This document shows positions 1-9,044 of a DNA stretch of 32,000 bases, piece by piece. A program made the position numbers and the translations under genes. Within the stretch, counting starts at the first letter, position 1. Each line of letters starts with the position of its first letter. The stretch is taken from positions 30,001 through 62,000 of the forward strand of contig AP024486.1 in assembly GCA_021654395.1 (NCBI GenBank). Direction: 5' to 3'. The DNA comes from Candidatus Saccharimonadota bacterium. GTDB taxonomy: Archaea; Micrarchaeota; Micrarchaeia; Micrarchaeales; Micrarchaeaceae. The notes below the pieces were generated by a model, which saw only the letters and a program-made list of their open reading frames with translations, had not been told where the DNA came from and did no database searches.

Positions 1-2
1 AG

Positions 3-587
3 AGAGTATACAGCCTAGTTAAGGATCATGAAAGAGTATATGTAATGTTCTCTGGCGTTGCTCCTTTCTCTATAGAGATAGCAAAGCATACTAATGCAGA
101 TAAGATACTCTCTGCTGAGCTTAATCCTTACGGCCACAGATACGCTATTATAAACTGTAGACTTAACAATATAAGCTATATAGATCTCGACTCTAAGATA
201 GATAATAGATCTTTAGAGGCAGCTTTAAGCTCTAAGGAGAGAATGATACTTATAAATGCTAATGTATCAGATCTTAGCAATCTAGAAGCTATAGATAGCT
301 ACTTTGATAGAATAGTTATGCCATTACCAAGATCTACTCTACTATTCCTTAATGAGGCATATAAGGCAGCCAGAGATAATGCAACTGTGCATCTATATGC
401 ATTCTCAGATATAAACAATCCATTTGAGAGCATAAAGAGGAGGATATTAGAGCATGCGGAGGCAAATGGCTATAAGATTGAGTTCTTATTTGAAAGGGTT
501 GTAAGAAACTACTCTCCACAAGAGTTAGAGGTTGTTATAGACTATAGAATAATAAAGAATAAAAAGCTTTTACAAGATGTTAAGTAG
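3..587 (+). CDS. trm5: Trm5/TYW2-family class I SAM-dependent tRNA methyltransferase, C-terminal part (5' end lies outside the window)
   Basis: The frame is open from base 3 through the listed ATG at 45 (RVYSLVKDHERVYV-MFSGVAPFSIEIAK), so the gene begins upstream of the window. The glycine-rich SAM loop MFSGVAPFS, ELNP and the DRIVMPLP motif resemble the archaeal Trm5/Taw2 catalytic domain. Confidence 0.6.
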   Translation, partial: RVYSLVKDHERVYVMFSGVAPFSIEIAKHTNADKILSAELNPYGHRYAIINCRLNNISYIDLDSKIDNRSLEAALSSKERMILINANVSDLSNLEAIDSYFDRIVMPLPRSTLLFLNEAYKAARDNATVHLYAFSDINNPFESIKRRILEHAEANGYKIEFLFERVVRNYSPQELEVVIDYRIIKNKKLLQDVK

Positions 588-632
588 CAGATAGATAGAT
601 TAATATATCTAATTGTATATATAAATATAAAC

Positions 633-941
633 ATGGAAGAGATAAGCTTTGAAGAGGCTAAGCCTCTTTTAGAGAAAGGAAAGAGATTAGTGTGGTTAGG
701 AGTAGAGGATAAGAGCTATATAGCAGAGCTATTAGGAATAGATGAAAGTAAGATACTACAGCTCTCACCGCAAGAGATCTTCTATATGCATCCAGAGAAA
801 GCAAAGGAGCTAGAGGATCATCCTTTTATCTGCTACCATGGAAATACATCCAGAGCAATAGGAAAGATACTTGAGAGCAGAGGAGTAAATATCAAGTCTA
901 TAAAAGGAGGCATAACGGGTATCATAGGAAGAGAGTTATAA
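633..941 (+). CDS. Single-domain rhodanese (GlpE-like sulfurtransferase)
   Basis: The 102-aa protein carries the active-site loop CYHGNTSR followed by GGITG. This closely resembles the GlpE-type CYHGNSS rhodanese loop. Confidence 0.65.
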   Translation: MEEISFEEAKPLLEKGKRLVWLGVEDKSYIAELLGIDESKILQLSPQEIFYMHPEKAKELEDHPFICYHGNTSRAIGKILESRGVNIKSIKGGITGIIGREL

Positions 942-978
942 TCTTTTTTAAATTTACTTTATTTAATTCTTTAACATT

Positions 979-1272
979 ATGAAGATCTTGATAGATGATG
1001 CTTTAATAGACAAGCTTGCAAAGCTATCTAGAATAGCTCTAACAGAGGATGAGAAGAAGCTATTTAAGGAGCAGCTTAATGCCGTTATAGATGCATTTAA
1101 TATAATAGACGAGCTTGATAATCAGATAAAGGATATAGAGCCAGCCTTTCATCCAATAGAGATTGCTGATAGATTTAGAGATGATATACCAGAGGAGTAT
1201 AGCTGGAATCCTTTAGAGCAGAATCTTAATAATGAGAATGATTATATAAAGGCAAATAGAACTGTTAGGTGA
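979..1272 (+). CDS. gatC: Asp/Glu-tRNA amidotransferase subunit C
   Basis: The 97-aa protein has the typical GatC N-terminus (IDKLAKLSRIALTEDEKKLFKEQLNAVIDAF). It sits directly upstream of gatA, and its stop overlaps the gatA start (GTGA at 1269-1272). Confidence 0.8.
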   Translation: MKILIDDALIDKLAKLSRIALTEDEKKLFKEQLNAVIDAFNIIDELDNQIKDIEPAFHPIEIADRFRDDIPEEYSWNPLEQNLNNENDYIKANRTVR

Positions 1273-2681
1273 TTCTATTAACTATAGAATCGTTTTTAGA
1301 GAGAAATCAGAATCTAAAGAGAGAAGAGCTCGATGATATAATAGCTAGAGCTAAGGAGCGCTCTCTACTTATAGATAAAGAGTATGATGCATTTATAACA
1401 TTGAATGATAATCTGGCAGTTGAGTCTAAAGGTATTCTCTACGGAGTTGCTATATCTGTAAAGGATAATATATGCACTAAAGGCTTAAGAACAACAGCAG
1501 GTTCAAGGATACTAGAGAGCTATATACCGCCATTTGATGCTACAGTTATAGAAAAGGTAAAGAGGGCAGGGGGCTTTATCATAGGAAAGACAGCGATGGA
1601 TGAGTTTGGATTTGGCTCTTTCTCTATAAACTGCGCATACAAGATACCAAAGAATCCTAATGATAAAGAAAGAGTTACTGGAGGTAGTAGCGGAGGTGCA
1701 GCAGCAGTTACTAAGGCTGCAGACTTTCCACATATAGCTATAGCTCAATCAACAGGTGGTAGTATAACAGCGCCTGCAGCATTTACTGGAACTGTTGGAA
1801 TAACGCCTACTTACGGAAGGGTATCAAGATACGGATTAATAGACTACTCAAATAGCATGGACAAGATAGGTACTATAGGAAAAGATGTATTTGATGCTGC
1901 ACTACTGCTACAGATAATTCAAGGCTACGATCCTAGAGACTCTACATCTATTAAGCTTAATGAAGAGAGCTATATAGATAGTATGAATAAAGAGATTAAA
2001 GGATTCAAGATAGCTATTCCAAAGGAGTATTATGATTATAATTACGTTGATAAGAGAGTAGCAGATAAGATAATGGATAGCTTATCTAAGCTTGAGGAGC
2101 TTGGAGCCAGCTTTGATATTATAAGTATGCCTATGTATAAGTATGCCATATCTGCTTATTATATTGTTGCAATATCTGAAGCATCTACAAATCTTGCTAG
2201 ATACTCTGGATTAAGATACGGCCTACAGAAGCAGCTTGATAGTAGCTTAACATTCGATGAGTATGCATCTATTATAAGAGAGCAAGGCTTTGGTGAAGAG
2301 GCGAAGAGAAGGATAATATTAGGAACCTTCGCTAGGATGAGCGGCTACAGAGATGCATTCTATCTTAAGGCATTAAAGATTAGAAAACTGCTTATAGATG
2401 ATTATAAGAGAGTATTCAGCAGATATGATGCGATAATAACTCCATCTATGCCTGTAATAGCTCCAAAGATAAAGGATGCGTTAAGTATGGAGCCACTAAA
2501 AGTCTATGGAATGGATATTATGACTGTAGGTCCTAACTTTACAGGTATGCCAACGATATCTATACCTGTTGCAAGAGTAGAAGGTATGCCTATAGGAATG
2601 CAGATCGTTGGAGATCACTTTAATGAAGCAAAGATAATAAGGATTGCTAGAAACCTTGAGAAGGTGCTTAACTATGAATGA
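1269..2681 (+). CDS. gatA: Asp/Glu-tRNA amidotransferase subunit A (amidase signature family)
   Basis: It carries the amidase signature GGSSGGAAAV and downstream SxGGSIxxPAAF. Length is 470 aa. The GTG start is coupled to the gatC stop. Confidence 0.95.
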   Translation: MILLTIESFLERNQNLKREELDDIIARAKERSLLIDKEYDAFITLNDNLAVESKGILYGVAISVKDNICTKGLRTTAGSRILESYIPPFDATVIEKVKRAGGFIIGKTAMDEFGFGSFSINCAYKIPKNPNDKERVTGGSSGGAAAVTKAADFPHIAIAQSTGGSITAPAAFTGTVGITPTYGRVSRYGLIDYSNSMDKIGTIGKDVFDAALLLQIIQGYDPRDSTSIKLNEESYIDSMNKEIKGFKIAIPKEYYDYNYVDKRVADKIMDSLSKLEELGASFDIISMPMYKYAISAYYIVAISEASTNLARYSGLRYGLQKQLDSSLTFDEYASIIREQGFGEEAKRRIILGTFARMSGYRDAFYLKALKIRKLLIDDYKRVFSRYDAIITPSMPVIAPKIKDALSMEPLKVYGMDIMTVGPNFTGMPTISIPVARVEGMPIGMQIVGDHFNEAKIIRIARNLEKVLNYE

Positions 2682-4098
2682 GAAGATAGGATTAGAGATA
2701 CATGTTAGATTAAATACAAAGACTAAGCTATTCTGCTCAGATCATAATAATATAAAGAATGCAAAGCCAAACTCTAATACTTGCCCTGTATGCATGGGCT
2801 TTCCAGGATCTAAGCCAGTATTAAATAAAGAGGCAGTAAGATATGGTGTAATGATAGCTTTAGCATTAAACTGCAGTATAAGCAGCAAGATCTTCTTCTC
2901 TAGAAAGACGTACTTCTATCCAGATATGTCAAAGAACTATCAGATAACGCAGTATGAGATCCCTATAGGAAGAGAGGGTTATCTTGAGATAAGTAATGGC
3001 AAGAGGATAAGAATAAGGAGAGTTCATATTGAGGAAGATCCGGCAAAGATATTATATCCAACAAATGATCTAAATACATCAGAGTATCTTCTAGTAGATT
3101 ATAACAGATCTGGAATGCCATTATCAGAGATAGTAACTGAACCTGATTTCAGCGATAAGGAAGAGGTAAGAGAGTTCATGGACAAGCTTATCTCTATACT
3201 TGAGCATCTAGGAGTATTCGATGCTCAAGCAGATGCTGCACTAAGAGCAGATGTTAATGTATCTATAGAGAATGGAGAGAGAGTAGAGGTTAAGAATGTA
3301 TCTGGCTTAGAGAATATAGAGAGGGCTATAACATATGAGATAATAAGACAGAGAAGCGCATATAGACTAAATGGAAGAGTTGAAAGAGAGACAAGGCATT
3401 TCAGCGAGGTATCTGGAACAACTACAAAGCTAAGAGCCAAGGAGTTTGAAGAGGATTATGGATATATCTTTGATCCAGATCTACCAATCGTTAAGCTAAG
3501 CGATGAGCTGATAGAGAAGATTAAGAGTGAGCTACCAGAGCTACCAGATAAGAGAATTGAGAGATTTATTAGATCTTATAAGATAGAAAAGAGCTTTGCA
3601 TCTATACTAGTAAATAAAGATAAGCAGCTAGCAGATTTCTTTGAGGAGTCATTAAAGTACTATAATAATCCAGAGAGCTTAGCTAAATGGATAACAACAT
3701 TCTTACTGAAGAGCCTCAACTGGCATAAGCTTAGAATAAATCAGACTCATGTAAAGCCAGAGGTATTCGCATTGCTTATAAGAAGCGTTGATGAGAATAA
3801 GATAAGCGATGCATATGCAAAGGATCTGATTAAGATATATGTTGACACTGGTAAGGATATAACAGATATGATTAAAAGCTATAACGCTATTAATAAAGAA
3901 GATATAGAGAAGATAGCAAGAAGATATATAGAAAGTAATATGAAAGCAGTCTCTGAGTATAAGAAAGGAAACATAAGAGCGATAGATTTTATAATAGGAA
4001 GTATATTAAAAGAAACTAAAAAGAGAGCAGACCCTAAACTTGTAAAAGAGATTGTTATAGATCTTATAGATAAAGAGGAAGCCTCGGTAGCTCAGTAG
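2674..4098 (+). CDS. gatB: Asp/Glu-tRNA amidotransferase subunit B
   Basis: MNEKIGLEIHVRLNTKTKLFCS is a canonical GatB N-terminus, followed by CPVCMGFPGSKPVLN. I place the start at ATG 2674, which overlaps the gatA stop (ATGAATGA), not at the track start 2644. The TAG stop at 4096-4098 lies inside the tRNA-Asn gene. Confidence 0.95.
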   Translation: MNEKIGLEIHVRLNTKTKLFCSDHNNIKNAKPNSNTCPVCMGFPGSKPVLNKEAVRYGVMIALALNCSISSKIFFSRKTYFYPDMSKNYQITQYEIPIGREGYLEISNGKRIRIRRVHIEEDPAKILYPTNDLNTSEYLLVDYNRSGMPLSEIVTEPDFSDKEEVREFMDKLISILEHLGVFDAQADAALRADVNVSIENGERVEVKNVSGLENIERAITYEIIRQRSAYRLNGRVERETRHFSEVSGTTTKLRAKEFEEDYGYIFDPDLPIVKLSDELIEKIKSELPELPDKRIERFIRSYKIEKSFASILVNKDKQLADFFEESLKYYNNPESLAKWITTFLLKSLNWHKLRINQTHVKPEVFALLIRSVDENKISDAYAKDLIKIYVDTGKDITDMIKSYNAINKEDIEKIARRYIESNMKAVSEYKKGNIRAIDFIIGSILKETKKRADPKLVKEIVIDLIDKEEASVAQ

Positions 4099-4153
4099 GT
4101 AGAGCGTCCGGCTGTTAACCGGAAGATCGCAGGTTCGAGTCCTGCCCGAGGCG
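4081..4153 (+). tRNA. tRNA-Asn (anticodon GTT), 73 nt, no intron, no encoded CCA
   Basis: Hand-folded cloverleaf:
- acceptor stem GCCTCGG/CCGAGGC
- D arm GCTC-AGTAGGTA-GAGC
- anticodon stem TCCGG/CCGGA with loop CTGTTAA
- T arm GCAGG-TTCGAGT-CCTGC
- discriminator G. Confidence 0.9.
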
Positions 4154-4156
4154 TCT

Positions 4157-4855
4157 TTACTCTCTTATAATATTGCTTATCTCCTCTAATCTACTTATTA
4201 TCTGCCTTATATATCTGTTATCAACTGTCTTTATCTCGCTTGTATTCGTATCTATCATCTTTATTAGTGTAAGGTGCTCAAAGTAGCTATAGCTCTCCTT
4301 TATCTTATCTGATTCTGCTGTATCTCTAAGATTAACTATCTTATCGCGTATCTTTGATATTCTGCCTAGAGCTACAGATAGCTTATTGATATTATAGATA
4401 TCGTCTCTTAGTATTAATATATCTTTTTTAGAGACAGTCTCATAGAAAGCCTTTACGATGCTTTCTATCAGCGAGATTGCATTATCGCTCTTCCCTCTAT
4501 TACTACATCTCTTATTTAAGTATACACGAACTAAGCTCTTATCTTTATAGATCAGTAAAGGCTCTAGAAAGGCTCTTCTATCTAGATTCTTATGTAGCTT
4601 TCTAGATAGCTCTTCATTACAAGCAGTCTCTACTATAATAACTACTGCTGCTCTCTTAAAGGATGTTCTTCCATAATTGTTATATAGAAATTTAACAGCC
4701 TTATCTCCTTCTTTAATCGATTCTATTATGATTGCTCCTTTTAACGCTATCTCAGCAAGAATACTAAATGCATACAGCCCCCTTAATATTTGATTAAGCT
4801 CCTCTTCATAGCTTTTATCTATGCTCTTGCCATTTAGCTTCTTTACTATCTGCAT
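4157..4855 (-). CDS. Hypothetical protein (232 aa), predicted mainly alpha-helical; function unknown
   Basis: Long ORF with the local K/E/I-rich codon usage. It lies 9 nt downstream of the 4865-5827 ORF on the same strand. I recognise no motif. Confidence 0.6.
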   Translation of the reverse strand: MQIVKKLNGKSIDKSYEEELNQILRGLYAFSILAEIALKGAIIIESIKEGDKAVKFLYNNYGRTSFKRAAVVIIVETACNEELSRKLHKNLDRRAFLEPLLIYKDKSLVRVYLNKRCSNRGKSDNAISLIESIVKAFYETVSKKDILILRDDIYNINKLSVALGRISKIRDKIVNLRDTAESDKIKESYSYFEHLTLIKMIDTNTSEIKTVDNRYIRQIISRLEEISNIIRE

Positions 4856-4864
4856 ATGATCACG

Positions 4865-5827
4865 CTAACTTATATTATCTCTATCAGATAATGCTCTTTC
4901 TAAGCTAGCTATCTCCTTAATGCATTCCATAGCGCTATTATAGATATCTTTACTACCCCTCAGCTTATCTACTCTAAGTTTAATATACTCTTTATAATCT
5001 TTTTCCAATACACTATCGATCTTTTTTAATAATCCAGATAAGCTTTGATTATCAATCTCGGAATGCTCAAGCATAAGATCTATATATCCCAATATCTCAC
5101 TTATCTTTATATTTTTACTCTTTATATGTATTATCTTATTATTTATTGCTCTTAGCTTATTAGGATCTATATCTACTGCTATTATGTCTGGAAGCCCACC
5201 ATACTGCCTAATTCTATCAGCAAGATCTGGTGATCCGTATTGATCAACTCTAATCTCTCCCTTCTCTAAACTACTAAATACATAAACTGCAAATGGATAG
5301 AGTAACTTTTTAAATACATCATCACCCCTAAAGTAAGATGGAAGGACTTTACTTATGAATATGCTAAAGCCCAGAGCATTGCTTTTATCTTGAGAGCCTG
5401 ATGATTGAGTCTTATTGTCATTATCTGCAGCTGATTTCTTATACTCTTCCATTCTCTTTCTGTCTATAAGCTCAGATAAAGCTGATCTTAAGCTTTTGTT
5501 ATCAGCAGAATCAGAATCTATCAAGATAAAGAAGGTTGAGCCATTTAAGATAACTACTAAGCTTTTAGCAAATCTTGTTATCGCTTCATCTATACCTATC
5601 TCCTTAATGTGCCTCTTCTTATCTAGATTCTTATAGTTTAATAGCGCCTTTATCTCTAGAGGATCTAGCTTATAGATCCTTAAACTATCGCTATAATATA
5701 TTATATCTTCTTTTAAGCTCTGATCTATAATATAGCTATGTATCTCTAGAAGCATAGTAAGCGAGTCTCTTAGCTGAGTAAGCATCTTTTTGTTTAGACT
5801 ATTGTTAAAGCTCTTACTTATCTCCAT
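4865..5827 (-). CDS. Hypothetical protein (320 aa) with a central low-complexity linker; function unknown
   Basis: Long ORF and first gene of a two-gene minus-strand unit. Two structured halves are separated by the polar linker KKSAADNDNKTQSSGSQDKSNA. I recognise no catalytic motif. Confidence 0.6.
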   Translation of the reverse strand: MEISKSFNNSLNKKMLTQLRDSLTMLLEIHSYIIDQSLKEDIIYYSDSLRIYKLDPLEIKALLNYKNLDKKRHIKEIGIDEAITRFAKSLVVILNGSTFFILIDSDSADNKSLRSALSELIDRKRMEEYKKSAADNDNKTQSSGSQDKSNALGFSIFISKVLPSYFRGDDVFKKLLYPFAVYVFSSLEKGEIRVDQYGSPDLADRIRQYGGLPDIIAVDIDPNKLRAINNKIIHIKSKNIKISEILGYIDLMLEHSEIDNQSLSGLLKKIDSVLEKDYKEYIKLRVDKLRGSKDIYNSAMECIKEIASLERALSDRDNIS

Positions 5828-5939
5828 GCTCTCCTTTTTGTATAATCTATATCATAATTAAATGATATAAAAATTATTCTATATCAATTATGAAATATTT
5901 AAAAAGCTTTATCTTATTTACTAGAGCTAATTATTATCT

Positions 5940-7673
5940 ATGTATAATAACGTAATAGCAGATATATTTGAAGAGATATCTATAATGATAAGCTTAGAGA
6001 ATACAAGTACCTCTAAGTTTGAATCAAGAGCATATGCAAGGGCTGCAGAGACGATAAGATCGTTACAGACTCCTATAGAGGATATATATAATAAAGGAGG
6101 TAAAGAAGCCTTAACTAAGCTCTCTGGTATAGGAAAAGGTATGGCAGATAAGATAGAAGAGTATATAAAGACAGGGCACATATCAAAGTATGATGAGCTA
6201 AAGAAGAAGTATCCTATAAACTTCTTAGAGCTTATGAAGATAGAGGGCATAGGAGCAAAGACTGCTTATAATCTGTATAAGGCATTAGGAGTGAAGAATC
6301 TAGATGACTTAAAGAAGGCATTAAATGAGAATAAGCTTAGAGCTATAGAGGGCTTTGGAGATAAGAGCATTCAGCAGCTTAAAGAGGCAATAGAGATGTA
6401 TGAAAGTAGTAAAGGAAGAGTTCTCTTAGGATATATATATCCTATAGCTAATAACATACTAGATGAGCTTAAGAGGAATAAGAATGTTATTGATGCCTAT
6501 ATTGCTGGATCTACTAGAAGGATGAAGGAGACTGTTGGAGATTTAGATATATTGGTAACATCTGATAATCCTGTAGCTGTAATGGATTACTTCGTTAGTT
6601 TACCAGAGGTAGATAGAGTTATAGTAAAAGGAGATACAAAAACTACAGTATGGTTAAAGATCGGATTGAGCTGCGATCTAAGAGTTATACCAAAGGAGAG
6701 CATAGGAGCTGCGCTTCAGTACTTTACAGGAAGTAAGCAGCATAATGTAAAGCTTAGAGAGATTGCTATAAAGAATGGTTATAAGCTGAATGAGTATGGA
6801 CTATACGATAGCAAAGAGGTAAATATCGCAGAAGGCAAGGATGAAGCCTTTATATATAATGCTTTGGGTTTAGATTATATAGAGCCGGAGCTAAGAGAGG
6901 ATCGTGGAGAGATAGAGCTAGCTATGCAACATAGGCTTCCAAAGCTTATTAAGCTAGAGGATATAAAAGGAGATCTACATATGCATACAAAGGAGACAGA
7001 TGGTACAAACAGCTTAGAGGAGATGGTTAATAAAGCTCTATCTCTAAAGAGAAGCTATATAGCTATAACTAATCATACAAAGAGCTTAAAGGTTGCTCAT
7101 GGAATGGATGAGAAGCAGTTTATAGAGTTCTTTAAAGAGATAGATAGACTTAATGAGAGGCTTAATGGAAAGATAAAGATACTGAAAGGGGCAGAGGTAG
7201 ATATACTGCAAGACGGAAGCTTAGATCTCGATAGAAACGTATTAGAGCAGATGGACTGCGTTGTAGCCTCTGTACATTCTCATTTCAATATGAGCAAAGA
7301 AGAGATGACAGCAAGAGTTATAAAGGCATTAGAGAGTAATCTTGTAAATATATTAGGACATCCTACAGGAAGGATGATTAACCAGAGAGAGCCATATGAG
7401 ATAGATCTATTTAAGGTTGCTGAGGCTGCAGAGAGATATAATGTTGCATTAGAGATAAATGCATTTCCAGATAGACTAGATCTTAGTGATAGTAGCATAT
7501 TAATGCTCAAGGATTATAATATTAAGTTCTCTATAGATACAGATTCCCATAATATAAATCATGAGGACTATATGCTTTATGGTGTTGCAACTGCAAGAAG
7601 GGGCTTTCTAACTAAAGATAGGATTATAAATACGCTCTCTTTAGAAGAGCTTGAGAGATTTCTATCTAAATGA
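5940..7673 (+). CDS. polX: Family X DNA polymerase with C-terminal PHP phosphoesterase domain
   Basis: It has N-terminal HhH-rich Pol-beta-like domains, the nucleotidyltransferase motif GSTRRMKETVGDLDILV, and a PHP domain (GDLHMHTKETDG ... ITNH ... SVHSH ... DTDSH). Length is 577 aa. Confidence 0.9.
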   Translation: MYNNVIADIFEEISIMISLENTSTSKFESRAYARAAETIRSLQTPIEDIYNKGGKEALTKLSGIGKGMADKIEEYIKTGHISKYDELKKKYPINFLELMKIEGIGAKTAYNLYKALGVKNLDDLKKALNENKLRAIEGFGDKSIQQLKEAIEMYESSKGRVLLGYIYPIANNILDELKRNKNVIDAYIAGSTRRMKETVGDLDILVTSDNPVAVMDYFVSLPEVDRVIVKGDTKTTVWLKIGLSCDLRVIPKESIGAALQYFTGSKQHNVKLREIAIKNGYKLNEYGLYDSKEVNIAEGKDEAFIYNALGLDYIEPELREDRGEIELAMQHRLPKLIKLEDIKGDLHMHTKETDGTNSLEEMVNKALSLKRSYIAITNHTKSLKVAHGMDEKQFIEFFKEIDRLNERLNGKIKILKGAEVDILQDGSLDLDRNVLEQMDCVVASVHSHFNMSKEEMTARVIKALESNLVNILGHPTGRMINQREPYEIDLFKVAEAAERYNVALEINAFPDRLDLSDSSILMLKDYNIKFSIDTDSHNINHEDYMLYGVATARRGFLTKDRIINTLSLEELERFLSK

Positions 7674-7681
7674 TCTTAAGA

Positions 7682-8200
7682 TCATCTATATAGCTCTAAG
7701 GCATAGCTTAGATTATTACTATTCTTTTCTATGCAGCTTATTATGTAAGGTAGCTTATTTATCGGTGTTAATATAGACATGTTGCATATAGCATATACTA
7801 CATAGTATCTTTCATTAGAAGAGATATTTGTAGAATAGAAGACAAGATGCTGCTGACTTGGCACTATAATATTATATACATAGTTTATATCTAAGCTCTT
7901 ATTAAGATTGCTTAGCTCTGTGGTATTTATCTCTGTTTTATTATATAAGAGAAACGCTATATATCCAGTTATATTAGTATTAAGGTTCACTATAAGCTGA
8001 TTGTTCTTATAGTATGCATTTAAGCAATTAAAGTACTTTGATAAGCTAGTACATCTTAGATCTACTGTATTACTATAAAGTATTATAGACAATAAGACTA
8101 CTGCAAGGATTATGATTATAAATGCTAAAGATATAAGAATCATAGGATTAGGTTTAAGGCTTCTATTAGATCTAGATCTGCTTTTAGCTAGATAAAACAT
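7682..8200 (-). CDS. N-terminally membrane-anchored secreted protein, sequon-rich; unknown function
   Basis: A basic N-terminus is followed by one TM helix (ILISLAFIIIILAVVLLSIILY). The extracellular part has several N-x-S/T sites and Cys residues. It lies 43 nt downstream of the pilin-like gene on the same strand. Confidence 0.55.
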   Translation of the reverse strand: MFYLAKSRSRSNRSLKPNPMILISLAFIIIILAVVLLSIILYSNTVDLRCTSLSKYFNCLNAYYKNNQLIVNLNTNITGYIAFLLYNKTEINTTELSNLNKSLDINYVYNIIVPSQQHLVFYSTNISSNERYYVVYAICNMSILTPINKLPYIISCIEKNSNNLSYALELYR

Positions 8201-8243
8201 AAGAAATCAGAAAAAGAAAAGAATCTTATAAATTTATTTTCCT

Positions 8244-8831
8244 TCAGCCAACTGACTTATATGTTATTCTTCCTACTTGTATTAGTACACAGCTGCTATT
8301 ATAGGTATAGGTTGTTGATTCAGTTATGCACTCACCTGGTGTTAGAGATGTCGGCTTTGTTGAGTAAACTGCCCATAGATCTGCAGATACTGCTGTTCCT
8401 GCTGGTGCAAAGTAGTATGCTTGTGTTGTTGTATTAGAATTTCTTATTGCTAGTGTTAGAGATACCTGCTGGCCTGTTGATAAGTCTGTCAAGTTATACA
8501 TTGGCTCACCAATTAAGTTTGTTGTTGAGCTTACATTAGAGTTCTGCATTGGTGTTAAGAAGAATGTTGGAGCGTACCATGTTGATCCTGTATTCTGTGC
8601 AAAGCTTGTTATTAATATTGAAGTTGTTGTTGGTGTTAATCCTGAGCACAAGAACTGTGATGTTACTATACAGCTATTTCCTGTAAATGTGCTTGGGCTG
8701 AATACTCCTAATAGCACTAATGCTATTAGAACTACTGCTATTATCAAGAATGCCCAACCGTATGTCATAAGGTACTCCATTGCTGATTGTAGTCTAAAAC
8801 TTTTCTCTCCTAGTTTTTTCAAACTGATCAC
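8244..8831 (-). CDS. Archaeal type IV pilin-like protein (class III signal peptide), paralog 1
   Basis: Leader plus hydrophobic helix: KSFRLQSAMEYLMTYGWAFLIIAVVLIALVLLGVF. The start is ambiguous. The GTG at 8829-8831 sits inside a GAGGTGATC Shine-Dalgarno-like string, and a TTG at 8820-8822 is an alternative start. Confidence 0.75.
   Translation of the reverse strand: MISLKKLGEKSFRLQSAMEYLMTYGWAFLIIAVVLIALVLLGVFSPSTFTGNSCIVTSQFLCSGLTPTTTSILITSFAQNTGSTWYAPTFFLTPMQNSNVSSTTNLIGEPMYNLTDLSTGQQVSLTLAIRNSNTTTQAYYFAPAGTAVSADLWAVYSTKPTSLTPGECITESTTYTYNSSCVLIQVGRITYKSVG
8541..8800. repeat. Direct repeat copy A (~260 bp), covering the pilin leader and N-terminal domain
   Basis: It aligns base for base with 10781-11040 at a constant offset of 2240. 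I see only 3 mismatches by eye (8693, 8698, 8715). Confidence 0.9.
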
Positions 8832-9033
8832 CTCATTAGTAGTTTATTGTATGTAAATCTATAAAAAGATTTCTCATTTTATAAAATCTTTTTAATGTTA
8901 TTTAATCCATTTAGCAGAGATCTTATAGCTCTCAGATATTAAATGCAATAGCTCTTGAAAGATTTAGCGTTTATCAAGATAAAAGATCTCTCAAATACCT
9001 TTAATAAATATGACACAGATTAAATTAAGAATA

Positions 9034-9040
9034 GGTGATC
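9034..9040 (+). promoter_or_regulatory. Shine-Dalgarno-like site for gdhA
   Basis: GGTGATC lies 4 nt upstream of the ATG at 9045. It is complementary to the conserved archaeal 16S 3' end (GAUCACC). Confidence 0.5.
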
Positions 9041-9044
9041 GTAG

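Noticed and set aside
2644-2673. Upstream start (2644) for gatB, giving an MLETLRRCLT extension
   Set aside because: The conserved GatB N-terminus begins at MNEKIGLEIH. The ATG at 2674 forms an ATGAATGA overlap with the gatA stop, which is typical translational coupling. The extension would be read entirely inside gatA.
7682-8200. Whether the 172-aa membrane protein is a fifth class III-signal pilin
   Set aside because: Its N-terminus (MFYLAKSRSRSNRSLKPNPMILISLAF...) lacks the R-(L/I)-Q-(S/A)-x-x-(E/D) motif shared by the four pilin-leader proteins. It is treated as a plain signal-anchor protein.
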